A model generated the notes under the pieces. That model saw only the letters and a program-made list of their open reading frames with translations, did no database searches and had not been told where the DNA came from. Shown here in pieces: positions 10,335 to 19,421 of a DNA stretch of 64,000 nucleotides. The position numbers were made by a program, and so were the translations under genes. How positions within the stretch are numbered: the first letter of the stretch is position 1; every line of letters begins with the position of its first letter. The DNA comes from Candidatus Heimdallarchaeota archaeon (GTDB lineage Archaea; Asgardarchaeota; Heimdallarchaeia; Hodarchaeales; Hodarchaeaceae), in assembly GCA_048881705.1 (NCBI GenBank), contig JBHLSH010000003.1:37890-101889 (forward strand), given 5' to 3'.

Positions 10335-11258
10335 CTGGAAGCCTATCGTTTTTGGCTCATTAATGATCAGGGGTTTTATATCTACGATGAAAAGTATCAA
10401 GGTAGAATTGTTTTAACACGGGAGGAAGAAGATGCTCTTATAGCGGAAATCTATAACGATCCAAGGTTGAAAACCCCAGATACCACGATTCTTTCCCGCG
10501 ATATCCTACCCTCTTACACGCGACTGTATTACAGAAAGTACCACAGTGACTTGTATATTCTCCTAGTTGATGAATTAACTGATTTCACAGAAACAATCGA
10601 GGTTTTTTCGAAATGGGCTGAAAAGCGAGATCAACAAAGAGAGCAATTAAAAGGCCTGGTGTTTGTGGTTTTCGACGATGTCGAAGGACCTAAAGTTATT
10701 TACAATAACATGCTGAAAGAGGAAATTGCTATTCTTTTAGCTGTTCAAGGACAAACCGTATCCTCAATGGGTCGCATGAAAAAATTCAAGATAGGATTCA
10801 AAGAACCTCTAAATGTTCCTAATCGCAATGACTTGGTTCATATGGCCTATGATTTTCTCCAGCCCGCACCGGAATCGGCCGATCCTCGAATTGCAAAAAT
10901 GGGACGGATATCAAATTTATACCTTATTTTTGATCGTTCTTTTCCCTATCTTAACGAAGAGCATTTTAAACTTTCTATTGAAGGGTACCTGGATGAATGG
11001 GTATACAATCATTTTTCCCAGAACTCTGGAGAAAGGCATCCCAAATCATATTCCAACGTGTTTTTTGATGAACTCCTAGAGGATCTTCGTACAACAATAT
11101 CGTCAGCTATAGATGTCGCAACCCATGAGGAGCGAGAAGTGGCACGCCTTAAGGTTTTTGTCATGGAGTTACTTACACAGAACAAAGTACTAACATACCA
11201 AGTCAGAAGATTGAGAGAACGTATCAAAGAACTAGAGGATCTCATAAAAACATCGTAA
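10335..11258 (+). CDS. Longin/uDENN-like domain protein with C-terminal coiled coil (probable CTG start at 10335; tracked start 10467)
   Basis: Frame is open from CTG 10335 (EAYRFWLINDQGFYIYD...). Motifs VFVVFDDVEGPKVIY and DPRIAKMGRISNLYLIF resemble uDENN/NPRL2-type longins. Heptad-like tail VLTYQVRRLRERIKELEDLIK. Confidence 0.7.
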   Translation: MEAYRFWLINDQGFYIYDEKYQGRIVLTREEEDALIAEIYNDPRLKTPDTTILSRDILPSYTRLYYRKYHSDLYILLVDELTDFTETIEVFSKWAEKRDQQREQLKGLVFVVFDDVEGPKVIYNNMLKEEIAILLAVQGQTVSSMGRMKKFKIGFKEPLNVPNRNDLVHMAYDFLQPAPESADPRIAKMGRISNLYLIFDRSFPYLNEEHFKLSIEGYLDEWVYNHFSQNSGERHPKSYSNVFFDELLEDLRTTISSAIDVATHEEREVARLKVFVMELLTQNKVLTYQVRRLRERIKELEDLIKTS

Positions 11259-11535
11259 CAGACTCTTTGATGGCTCGAATGTGGCAATAGGGGAAAAATT
11301 AAAGACAGTAGAGAAGAAATATCAAATAAATCCTTTTAGAAATTAAATATACTCAATGGAGGGTAATAAATTGGGAGAGAAAATCTGAACCACTGGTCGA
11401 AATGATATCGTTTTATATGAGAAATCACATTATTGATAATAAGTTACTATCTTAAAATAGAATTATTATTATGTTATAACAGAATAAATCGGAACCATAT
11501 GAGGTTTCCTCTGACTAAATAATCAATTTAAATGG

Positions 11536-12696
11536 GTGTTAAGAAAATTGCGCGTGCTTCACGTTGAAGGTAAGAACTTGGTTGAACTATCACCCCCATA
11601 TGAATTTTTAAACGGTGATGTTTATATTGTTGATAACTCAGATGTTTCGGCTGGTCTCCTAAAAAAGGTTTACATCTGGGTTGGATCACAGGCCTTTGCT
11701 GATGACAAGGCTGTTGGAGCTTGGGCCGCAAAACAATTGGATTTAAGAGATAAAGAAATCGATATCGACACCGTAACCGAAGGCAATGAACCAGAAGATT
11801 TCTCATCTCTTATTGATTTCGTTGTAGTTACGGGAGATACACCTGGATTTCTCAAACATGTCGATGTTAATGCTGAAGAGGTAAGTTATGCGCTATACCG
11901 GGTTAAAGACGCTGACCTTAGTGACGGGTCTTCCTCTGATGATATTGTAATCGAAAATGTTCCAATGACAACTGATAGCCTGGTCTCTGATGATGTGTTT
12001 GTCCTGGATGCTTATCACGATTTGTATGTCTGGATAGGTTCTGGTAGTCAAGTGGGAGAAAAGGCTGCAGGAAATCGGTTGGTAAGGAAACTCGATGTAG
12101 AACGTGAAAGAAATCCAATGATATATACAATTCACCAGTACAAGGAGCCACCAGGCTTTTTCGAATTACTCGCGAATATCGCTGGTTCTGGAAAAATACG
12201 GACAGAAGACGCTTCTCAAATCGGGAAAGGAATCATGGATCGGGCAGCCGATATTCCATCTTTAGGTGCCCCGCCACCCTCTGGACTTCCAGAAGTTAAG
12301 CCAATGCCGAAACCTCCTGCCCCTAGTGGATTCAAAGAAGAGCCTAGCCCTAAAGATCTCGGACTAACCTCTACAGCGACAACTCCACCTCCAGTTAGTA
12401 GTGCAGTGGTAAGACTATACTACAACCATGCCGCTCAAGCGTTCAGTGAAAGGGGCAGCAAAGACGAGGCTGTTCTGGAAATTGATGAAGCAAATCTAAT
12501 GGCCAGTTTGATCTTTGCGGAAGGTTCCAGTCTGATTTTGCAGCGGACAGCCAGCAGACAAGCCCGTGGAATCTGCAAAACTGGTTTTTTGCTCTCGAAT
12601 GGTAAACGAGTAGGACAAAACTGTAGTCTCTCGGAATTTAAGGGTGAAATGTCAATTGATGATCGTTTGTTACAAGTCGGTCATCATTACAGATAA
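11536..12696 (+). CDS. Two-domain gelsolin (Asgard 2DGel-like) with Pro-rich linker and C-terminal domain of unknown family
   Basis: Gelsolin motifs FLNGDVYIVD...VYIWVGS...EGNEPEDF and LVSDDVFVLD...LYVWIGSGS...KEPPGFFELL. Linker GAPPPSGLPEVKPMPKPPAPSG. Confidence 0.88.
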   Translation: MLRKLRVLHVEGKNLVELSPPYEFLNGDVYIVDNSDVSAGLLKKVYIWVGSQAFADDKAVGAWAAKQLDLRDKEIDIDTVTEGNEPEDFSSLIDFVVVTGDTPGFLKHVDVNAEEVSYALYRVKDADLSDGSSSDDIVIENVPMTTDSLVSDDVFVLDAYHDLYVWIGSGSQVGEKAAGNRLVRKLDVERERNPMIYTIHQYKEPPGFFELLANIAGSGKIRTEDASQIGKGIMDRAADIPSLGAPPPSGLPEVKPMPKPPAPSGFKEEPSPKDLGLTSTATTPPPVSSAVVRLYYNHAAQAFSERGSKDEAVLEIDEANLMASLIFAEGSSLILQRTASRQARGICKTGFLLSNGKRVGQNCSLSEFKGEMSIDDRLLQVGHHYR

Positions 12697-12925
12697 CCAA
12701 AACCTCTCTCTTCCTTTTTTACTAATTTATCTCGTTTTTCGTGCTCGGGAATCGATTTCAATGCCTTCTCCCTAATCATATTGTGAGGAGTAAGTTAAGG
12801 CCTTCTACCAACATTAAAGGATCATTTTTAGACCTCTTGAGGCAAGCCTATTTATTCGTGATAAGAAAATTACGTTACAAGGTTAAACCATAATTTTCTA
12901 CGCTCTAATTGGTGCTTGAGTTCGA

Positions 12926-14200
12926 ATGATTGACATTAAAATCTTCCGTGAAAATCCTGAGATTGTTCGGGAGAGCGAAAGAAATCGATTCAAAAACCCA
13001 GACCAAGTTGATCGTGTAATCGAATTTGACAACGAATGGCGCTCCTTATTAAAACAGATTAATGAAATGAGAAAAGAAAGAAACAAGGTAAGTAAACAGA
13101 TCGGATTATTGAAAAAAAAGGGAAAAAATACGGATTCCCTCAAAGAGAGAGTATCTAACATAAATAAAGACATTTCTATCCTCGAAAAAGGGGCCGATAA
13201 AGCGCTTACTGAGCGTGATAAGGAGAGATATTCAATTGGAAACATTCTTGCCCCAGGAGTACCTATTGCGAAAACCGAGAAGGATAACGAAATAATGAGG
13301 ACATGGGGCAGACCCTCTAGCTTTGATTATCCCGTAAAAGGACACACAGATTTAGTTGAAGGTTTAGATTTAGCAGAGATTCAGAAAGCCGCCCAAGTAA
13401 GTGGGTCACGAACTTTTTATCTAAAGAATCAGTTGGTTTTCCTTAATCTTGCTTTGATTGAGTATTCTCTTGATTTTCTCGTCAATGAACGAGGTTTTAC
13501 TCCTTTCTGGACACCTCCCTTTTTAAGGCGACAATTAATGGAGGGTGCTAGTGAATTGACTGATTTCGAAGAGCAGCTCTACCATGATTCCAATGAAGAC
13601 GTCTTTTTTATAGCGACCAGCGAACAAACTTTGGCTGCGCTTCATTCCAGTGAGTTGATAGATGTCGATACGCTACCGCGCAAATATTGCGGCGTTTCTC
13701 TCTGCTATCGTCGTGAAGCAGGGTCACACGGTAAAGACACCAAGGGAATCTTTAGAGTTCACCATTTCCATAAGATCGAACAGTTTTGCTTTGTGCATCC
13801 TGATGAATCCTATAAGATGCATGAGGAGCTGATAGGAAATGCAGAGCAATTGTATCAAAGATTAAAACTACCATACCGCGTAGTAAACATTGCTTCAGGG
13901 GAACTTAACGACAACGCGGCCAAAAAATATGATCTAGAAGTCTTTTTTCCAGCACAAAACGAATATAGGGAGCTAGTCTCGTGTTCAAACGTCACTGACT
14001 ACCAAGCCAGAAAGCTTGACATAACAACTGGCAAAGCTGGAGGGGAAAAAGAGTATGTTCACACCTTGAATTCAACTGCCATAGCCACCGAACGAACTAT
14101 CTGTGCAATTTTGGAAAATTATCAACAATCAGACGGAAGCGTGTTAATTCCCGAAGCATTGCAGCAATACATGTCTGGACAAACCAGGCTTAAGCTGTAA
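12926..14200 (+). CDS. serS: Seryl-tRNA synthetase
   Basis: MIDIKIFRENPEIV N-terminal coiled arm, ATSEQ, CYRREAGSHGKDTKGIFRVHHF, ELVSCSN, HTLNSTAIATER. Confidence 0.97.
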   Translation: MIDIKIFRENPEIVRESERNRFKNPDQVDRVIEFDNEWRSLLKQINEMRKERNKVSKQIGLLKKKGKNTDSLKERVSNINKDISILEKGADKALTERDKERYSIGNILAPGVPIAKTEKDNEIMRTWGRPSSFDYPVKGHTDLVEGLDLAEIQKAAQVSGSRTFYLKNQLVFLNLALIEYSLDFLVNERGFTPFWTPPFLRRQLMEGASELTDFEEQLYHDSNEDVFFIATSEQTLAALHSSELIDVDTLPRKYCGVSLCYRREAGSHGKDTKGIFRVHHFHKIEQFCFVHPDESYKMHEELIGNAEQLYQRLKLPYRVVNIASGELNDNAAKKYDLEVFFPAQNEYRELVSCSNVTDYQARKLDITTGKAGGEKEYVHTLNSTAIATERTICAILENYQQSDGSVLIPEALQQYMSGQTRLKL

Positions 14201-14214
14201 TAGATTAGACCGAT

Positions 14215-15057
14215 CTAAATGTATGTTCTATCTTTGCCGCCAGCGGGTGACACCTGCTCCGACTGGATAGCCGCATTAGCCTGGTCCCTCATGGAGAGCG
14301 CCATTTGTTCGATTTTTTCGGCCTGTGCCAAAATGGGTTCAATCCTGATGGCGGGATCAATTGGAATAAGATGATTTAGGACTTCTATTACCCGAGCAGC
14401 CGTACGAATTTCGGGAAAATGCTCGCGAACCTCACCAAGCAGAACAATTACTTCGTACTTATTGTACCATCCCTCATTGAGCAAAACCGCGCTGAGACCT
14501 TTTATCACACCTTGGTTCAGGGGGGGAATCTGTTTTTCATTGAGAAAGGTTCTACATGTCTCGGTCGTTCCGACCCCAAACACTCTCATTGGTAATTGTT
14601 GAGGGGAATCCGAGTAATCACTTTTAAATCCTTCAACAGAGATGATCCGCTTCATTTCTTTCCTTTTAGCCCATTCTATTACTTTCTTTCCGATTTCACG
14701 GGTGATAGGAGGATATTGAGGTACCTCTGATGATAGAAGGGCTAGTTTTAGATCTTCGTTTGCATAAATTCGAATCGGGAATTTGGGTTTGCTGTAATAA
14801 ACAACACAAATCGCTGGAAGTTGATTACTATCTCCGACCGCAACTTGATCAAAACCATTCTGACCGATTCCCGCTTCCAAAATGATATTAGCAGTGATTA
14901 GCGCCAATGCGCTAATTGATGGGAAACATTCGATCAAAGTTCCCCCTTTCAAATCGATATCCGATACATCCCGAATTTCAAAGTCTTTAGATTCCTTTAG
15001 CGTCAAATTACTCACCGCATGCTGTTTGTATTTACGAAAATAGGTCGATTCAGGCAA
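14215..15057 (-). CDS. PAC2-family (proteasome assembly chaperone/PbaB-like) protein
   Basis: GGTLIECFPSISA, FPIRIY, IISVEGF, GVIKGLSAVLL, PEIRTAARVIEVL; ends DRTYI. Confidence 0.85.
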   Translation of the reverse strand: MPESTYFRKYKQHAVSNLTLKESKDFEIRDVSDIDLKGGTLIECFPSISALALITANIILEAGIGQNGFDQVAVGDSNQLPAICVVYYSKPKFPIRIYANEDLKLALLSSEVPQYPPITREIGKKVIEWAKRKEMKRIISVEGFKSDYSDSPQQLPMRVFGVGTTETCRTFLNEKQIPPLNQGVIKGLSAVLLNEGWYNKYEVIVLLGEVREHFPEIRTAARVIEVLNHLIPIDPAIRIEPILAQAEKIEQMALSMRDQANAAIQSEQVSPAGGKDRTYI

Positions 15058-15089
15058 GTATTAATTTATCTCCTTTCAAAACGCTAGGG

Positions 15090-15740
15090 TCATAATTTTA
15101 CTGATACTGTCAGCCCGTCTCTAATCGGGATAATTGTGCTAAGGACACGCGGATCGCTAAATGCAAGCCGATTATATTCTTGGACTCCCTTTGTTGACTC
15201 TCTTGTAGGGTTATTTTCCAAGACTCGTCCTCCCCAAATTGTATTATCTGTAAGAAGAACCCCTCCATTTCGAAGACGCGGGACAGCCAATTCAAAGGCC
15301 TTAGGGTACCTTTCTTTATCAATATCACAGAAGATTATGTCAAAAAGCCCCTCTAACCTTGTAATTGTCTCCAGAGCGTCTCCTAAAACGAAGTTAACTG
15401 ATTTTAGGCCCATTAGATGTTTATTATGATTTACCATTGAGGAGAAATTCGATAATGCCATCGATCGGTTCTCTTCCGAAGTATCTGTACATATCAGCTC
15501 TGCTGATGGGGCACCTAGGGAAAACCAGATGGCAGAATAGCCAAATCCTGAACCTAGTTCTAGGATTCGTTTTGCTTTTACCAATTGGGCATATTGTTTT
15601 AGAAATCCTCCCACCAAGGGTCCAACAATCGGAAAATCCTTCTGCCTCGCGTACTTTTCGAGCTCAATCAGTACTACATCCCGTTCTTTGGGGATTAATG
15701 AATTAAAATAGGAGTGCAAATCTGTCAAAGATACATTCAT
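15090..15740 (-). CDS. Class I SAM-dependent O-methyltransferase (caffeoyl-CoA OMT-like)
   Basis: ILELGSGFGYSAIW, FDIIFCDIDKERY, GGVLLTDNTIWGG, PIRDGL. Confidence 0.9.
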   Translation of the reverse strand: MNVSLTDLHSYFNSLIPKERDVVLIELEKYARQKDFPIVGPLVGGFLKQYAQLVKAKRILELGSGFGYSAIWFSLGAPSAELICTDTSEENRSMALSNFSSMVNHNKHLMGLKSVNFVLGDALETITRLEGLFDIIFCDIDKERYPKAFELAVPRLRNGGVLLTDNTIWGGRVLENNPTRESTKGVQEYNRLAFSDPRVLSTIIPIRDGLTVSVKL

Positions 15741-15990
15741 CAGTAATTCTCCAGGGTTCCCGTTTTGTGTAATTAGCTAAATCCGTAGAGCGGGTATAAT
15801 CCTTATCTTCCGATAGTCAGAAACAATCTTCTGAATCCAGTATACCCCCTCGGACTTCAGATCGTTCCTGTTAATACAAAAACATTCACGAACTATATTG
15901 TGTTGTTGAACGAAACGAAATTATATCCCCGAATAGCGTAGCTAGAGAAGAACTGGGGCCATGAGAGAAAAAAAGGATTGGCACGCGGTT

Positions 15991-18186
15991 TTAGACGAAA
16001 GACAACCTGTCAACGTCCTCTTGCATCGCTTCTATCTTCTCTCTTGCCGTTACCTTGCCTGCCTTGCGCGTTTCTAAAATCTTTTTGTAAGCAAGGTCAA
16101 AGTCTTCCTGTGACACACTATATCCAGCAAAATCTTGATTATCAGGATTTAAGCTAGGTAAATGTCTTTGTATCGAATTTAAAACGGCCTCATGACAAAG
16201 ACTTGCCAGCTCCGCCCCAGAAAATTTCTCCGCTCTTTTCGAATAGTCCACCAGGTCCACATCCTGATCGAGAGGAACCCCCTGTGTATGGATTTTCAAA
16301 ATCTCAAGACGAGCTGTCTCGTCAGGTAACCCGATTCTTATTATCTTATCGAAGCGGCCGGGACGAAGCAAGGCGGGGTCGATCATGTCCGGACGATTGG
16401 TTGCTGCCACGACAACAACTCCCTTAAGTTCCTCTAATCCGTCCAATTCGGTAAGAAATTGGCTGATCATTCTTTCCGTTACACCTGAATCAAATGATTT
16501 TCCCCGAATGGGGGCAATGGAGTCAATTTCGTCAAAGAAGATGATAGATGGGGCTGCCTGCCGAGCTTTACGAAAAACCTCACGGATTCCTTTTTCACTT
16601 TCACCTACCCACTTTGAAAGCAGTTCTGGTCCTTTAACCGAAATAAAATTCGCTTGTGTTTCATGAGCTACAGCTTTCGCTAGAAGAGTCTTTCCCGTTC
16701 CGGGAGGGCCAAATAGCAAAATCCCTTTTGGTTGCTTTGCCCCCATATGCGAGAAGAATTTTGGGTGTTTTAATGGCAGCTCAATACTGTTTTTTATCTC
16801 TTCTTTTTCCTCAATAAGGCCTCCCACATCATCCCAAGAAATATTAGGTACTTCAACAAAGACTTCGCGTAATGCGGAAGGTTGGATCCCGAGTAAAGCT
16901 TCGTTGAAGTCATCCTTGGTCACTCGAATTTCGTTTAGAATATGCGCTGGTATTGTATCTTCTTCCAAGTTTAATTTCGGAATTATTCGGCGAAGAGCGA
17001 TCATTGCTGATTCTTTGACAAGCTGCTCAAGATCGGCCCCAACAAAACCATGACTTACGGCTGCTATACGTTCTAGATCAACATCATCTCCGAGTGGCAT
17101 TCCCCGGGTATGAATAAGCAAGATTTCTTCGCGCCCAAATTTATCAGGAATACGAATCTCTATTTCTCGATCAAAGCGTCCACCGCGTCGGAGGGCTGGA
17201 TCAAGGGCATTTATGCGATTGGTTGCACCGATGACAACCACGTCTCCTCGGTCACTCAGTCCGTCCATGTTTGATAATAGCTGGGCAACCACACGCCTCT
17301 CGACTTCCCCAGTAGTTTCCGAACGCTTGTTAGCGATTGAGTCGATCTCATCTAGAAAAATGATACTCGGCGCGTTCTCTTTGGCCTCATCGAACATTTT
17401 TCGGATTCTTTCTTCCGATTCACCGTAAAATTTGCTCATGAACTCTGGTCCAGAAACAGAAATGAAATATGAATCAGTTTCAGTTGCGACTGCCTTAGCT
17501 AGTAGCGTTTTTCCAGTTCCTGGAGGACCATGCAGCAAAACACCCCGTGGAGGAGTAATTCCCAAGCGTTTAAAGAGTTCTGGATGACGCATTGGGAGTT
17601 CAATCATCTCGCGAACCATATTGATTTCTTTCCCCAGCCCACCGATATCCTCGTACCGAATCCTCTGAAAAGTATCTTGTTTAACATCTTTCACGGGAGT
17701 TAGTGATATAGCTATACGCGTTGTTGGCTGCATAATTACTGCATCCGCGTTAGGATTGATTTTAGAAACGACCAGAATTATTCGCTGGTTGTAGACGGGA
17801 ATTTCGATAAAGTCTCCCTTGGTCAGAACCCGCCCCAATAATAGGTGTTGAAGATGTGATTCCCCGCCTTGAATTCTAAGGTTCTGTACAGGAGCAAATT
17901 CGATACGTACAGCATCTTTGGCTTCAACTGGCTGAATACTAACCGTATCATCAATGCCAACCCCAGCGTTGCGTCGAGTCGCTCCATCGATTTTTATAAT
18001 CCCTGTATTTCGATCTTGTGGGTACCCTGGCATATATTTCGCAGCAGTACGTCTTTTTCCAATAATTTGTATCGCATCGCCAGCTGAAATGTCTAGCTGG
18101 TCCGCTATGTTTGGATCAATGCGAATTATTCCCCTTCCGACATCTTTGGCGCTTGCCTCTCTTACTCGGCATTCCGTGTGTTCCAT
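15991..18186 (-). CDS. cdc48: CDC48/VAT AAA+ ATPase, canonical (both rings intact); start likely ATG 18186 rather than 18213
   Basis: N-domain DVGRGIIRID. D1 GPPGTGKT/IIFLDEID/SKFYGESE. D2 GPPGTGKT/IIFFDEID/SKWVGESE. GGTGAG upstream of 18186. Confidence 0.96.
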   Translation of the reverse strand: MEHTECRVREASAKDVGRGIIRIDPNIADQLDISAGDAIQIIGKRRTAAKYMPGYPQDRNTGIIKIDGATRRNAGVGIDDTVSIQPVEAKDAVRIEFAPVQNLRIQGGESHLQHLLLGRVLTKGDFIEIPVYNQRIILVVSKINPNADAVIMQPTTRIAISLTPVKDVKQDTFQRIRYEDIGGLGKEINMVREMIELPMRHPELFKRLGITPPRGVLLHGPPGTGKTLLAKAVATETDSYFISVSGPEFMSKFYGESEERIRKMFDEAKENAPSIIFLDEIDSIANKRSETTGEVERRVVAQLLSNMDGLSDRGDVVVIGATNRINALDPALRRGGRFDREIEIRIPDKFGREEILLIHTRGMPLGDDVDLERIAAVSHGFVGADLEQLVKESAMIALRRIIPKLNLEEDTIPAHILNEIRVTKDDFNEALLGIQPSALREVFVEVPNISWDDVGGLIEEKEEIKNSIELPLKHPKFFSHMGAKQPKGILLFGPPGTGKTLLAKAVAHETQANFISVKGPELLSKWVGESEKGIREVFRKARQAAPSIIFFDEIDSIAPIRGKSFDSGVTERMISQFLTELDGLEELKGVVVVAATNRPDMIDPALLRPGRFDKIIRIGLPDETARLEILKIHTQGVPLDQDVDLVDYSKRAEKFSGAELASLCHEAVLNSIQRHLPSLNPDNQDFAGYSVSQEDFDLAYKKILETRKAGKVTAREKIEAMQEDVDRLSFV

Positions 18187-18231
18187 TACTGAAAACCTCT
18201 CACCAATATGCAAATAAGTATGCTTTCCCGA

Positions 18232-18681
18232 CTACCCATCAATATTTACTTTGTATTTTTCGCCCTTTTCCGCCAAAGGGGCAGTAATAGTCAAGAGTCC
18301 GGCTTTCATTGAAGCCTTAACCATTGTCGGATCAATAGATTTACGCAGAAGAAGATTTCTACGATATTCTTTATCTAATTCTTCATTTCTAGCTTCAAGC
18401 CAGATCTCGTCTGGCCCAACTTCTAACTCGATGTTTTCTTTGGATATCCCAGGTAATTCCACTTGAATTGTGTATTTTTCATGGTCTCGAGAGATATATG
18501 CTCGAGGATAAGCAGACCAGTTTCTATCTCCATGAAAACGAGAATGTCTTCCTCTCCTGTGATGTGGGCCGCAATTAAAGGCAAATTTTCTCATAAATGG
18601 GCCAAATGGCGGAAATTCAAATTGAAATCCTGCACAATCATCAAATTCATCGGTCTTTGGATCATCTTCCACTTTAATCAC
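18232..18681 (-). CDS. hsp20: Hsp20/alpha-crystallin small heat-shock protein
   Basis: YTIQVELPGISKENIEL...KASMKAGLLTITAP; directly upstream of cdc48. Confidence 0.9.
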   Translation of the reverse strand: MIKVEDDPKTDEFDDCAGFQFEFPPFGPFMRKFAFNCGPHHRRGRHSRFHGDRNWSAYPRAYISRDHEKYTIQVELPGISKENIELEVGPDEIWLEARNEELDKEYRRNLLLRKSIDPTMVKASMKAGLLTITAPLAEKGEKYKVNIDG

Positions 18682-18822
18682 TTTATTAACGTTTTAATTA
18701 CATGAATGATAATTTGAATTAATTTTGACGTTGTTTGAATTTATTCACATATTGTTTTTTATATTTTCGGTATATGGAAATAGAAGTGAATAAAATCCCT
18801 TATTCTGGTAAAATCAGTGGGT

Positions 18823-19419
18823 TCACTCATAAGGGATATGAGTCGTTAAAGAAGCGGAATCATGATCGAGGGCCTTGCTAACAGGAGCTCCAATAATTTT
18901 TGTGAATAGATTCAAAAACGCGGTATCGACTCCCGAATTTTCTTTTGCAGAAGTCTTTAAAAGCGGTATTTCTGGTTCCTCACTCATAGGATGACGCGTT
19001 TGCTTTATTTGAAGATCTTCCAAATCTGCTTTATTTCCCACAATCACCATAGGGACTTTCTTATGGCAATTATCTCTACACTCCTTAACCCACGATTGAA
19101 CGTTTCTATAGGAGTTGGCACTAGTTAGATCGTAAACAATGAGAGCGCCACTTGTTCCAGAATAAAACCTGGAACGAAATCGCTTGAAGTGTGTTTGACC
19201 GCTCATATCCCACAATACAAAGCGAATAGGTTTCTGGGTTCGCGTGATGATAGTATTTAGGGGGGTTATATCAACTCCGATGGTAGTCTTATATATCCGG
19301 GAAAATTTACGATGGACAAATTGTTGAACCAGTGAAGTCTTGCCTACTCCGCCGTCACCAATCAAAATAATTTTAACAGCTTTTGTGTCTTTGGAAGAGT
19401 CGGTGTTATCTGGAATCAT
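18823..19419 (-). CDS. Rab-like small GTPase
   Basis: G1 GDGGVGKT, G2 TTIGVD, G3 WDMSGQ, G4 NKAD, G5 TSAK; no C-terminal Cys. Confidence 0.93.
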   Translation of the reverse strand: MIPDNTDSSKDTKAVKIILIGDGGVGKTSLVQQFVHRKFSRIYKTTIGVDITPLNTIITRTQKPIRFVLWDMSGQTHFKRFRSRFYSGTSGALIVYDLTSANSYRNVQSWVKECRDNCHKKVPMVIVGNKADLEDLQIKQTRHPMSEEPEIPLLKTSAKENSGVDTAFLNLFTKIIGAPVSKALDHDSASLTTHIPYE

Positions 19420-19421
19420 TG

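Noticed and set aside
11532-11564. Out-of-frame ATG mini-ORF overlapping the gelsolin GTG start (possible frameshift or uORF)
   Set aside because: The gelsolin domain is complete from the GTG at 11536, so no frameshift is needed; a 10-codon ORF is expected by chance.
18740-18794. 9-bp inverted repeat TTTATTCAC/GTGAATAAA upstream of hsp20-cdc48 as a heat-shock operator
   Set aside because: AT-rich with a 37-nt spacer, and no matching copy seen upstream of the second hsp20.
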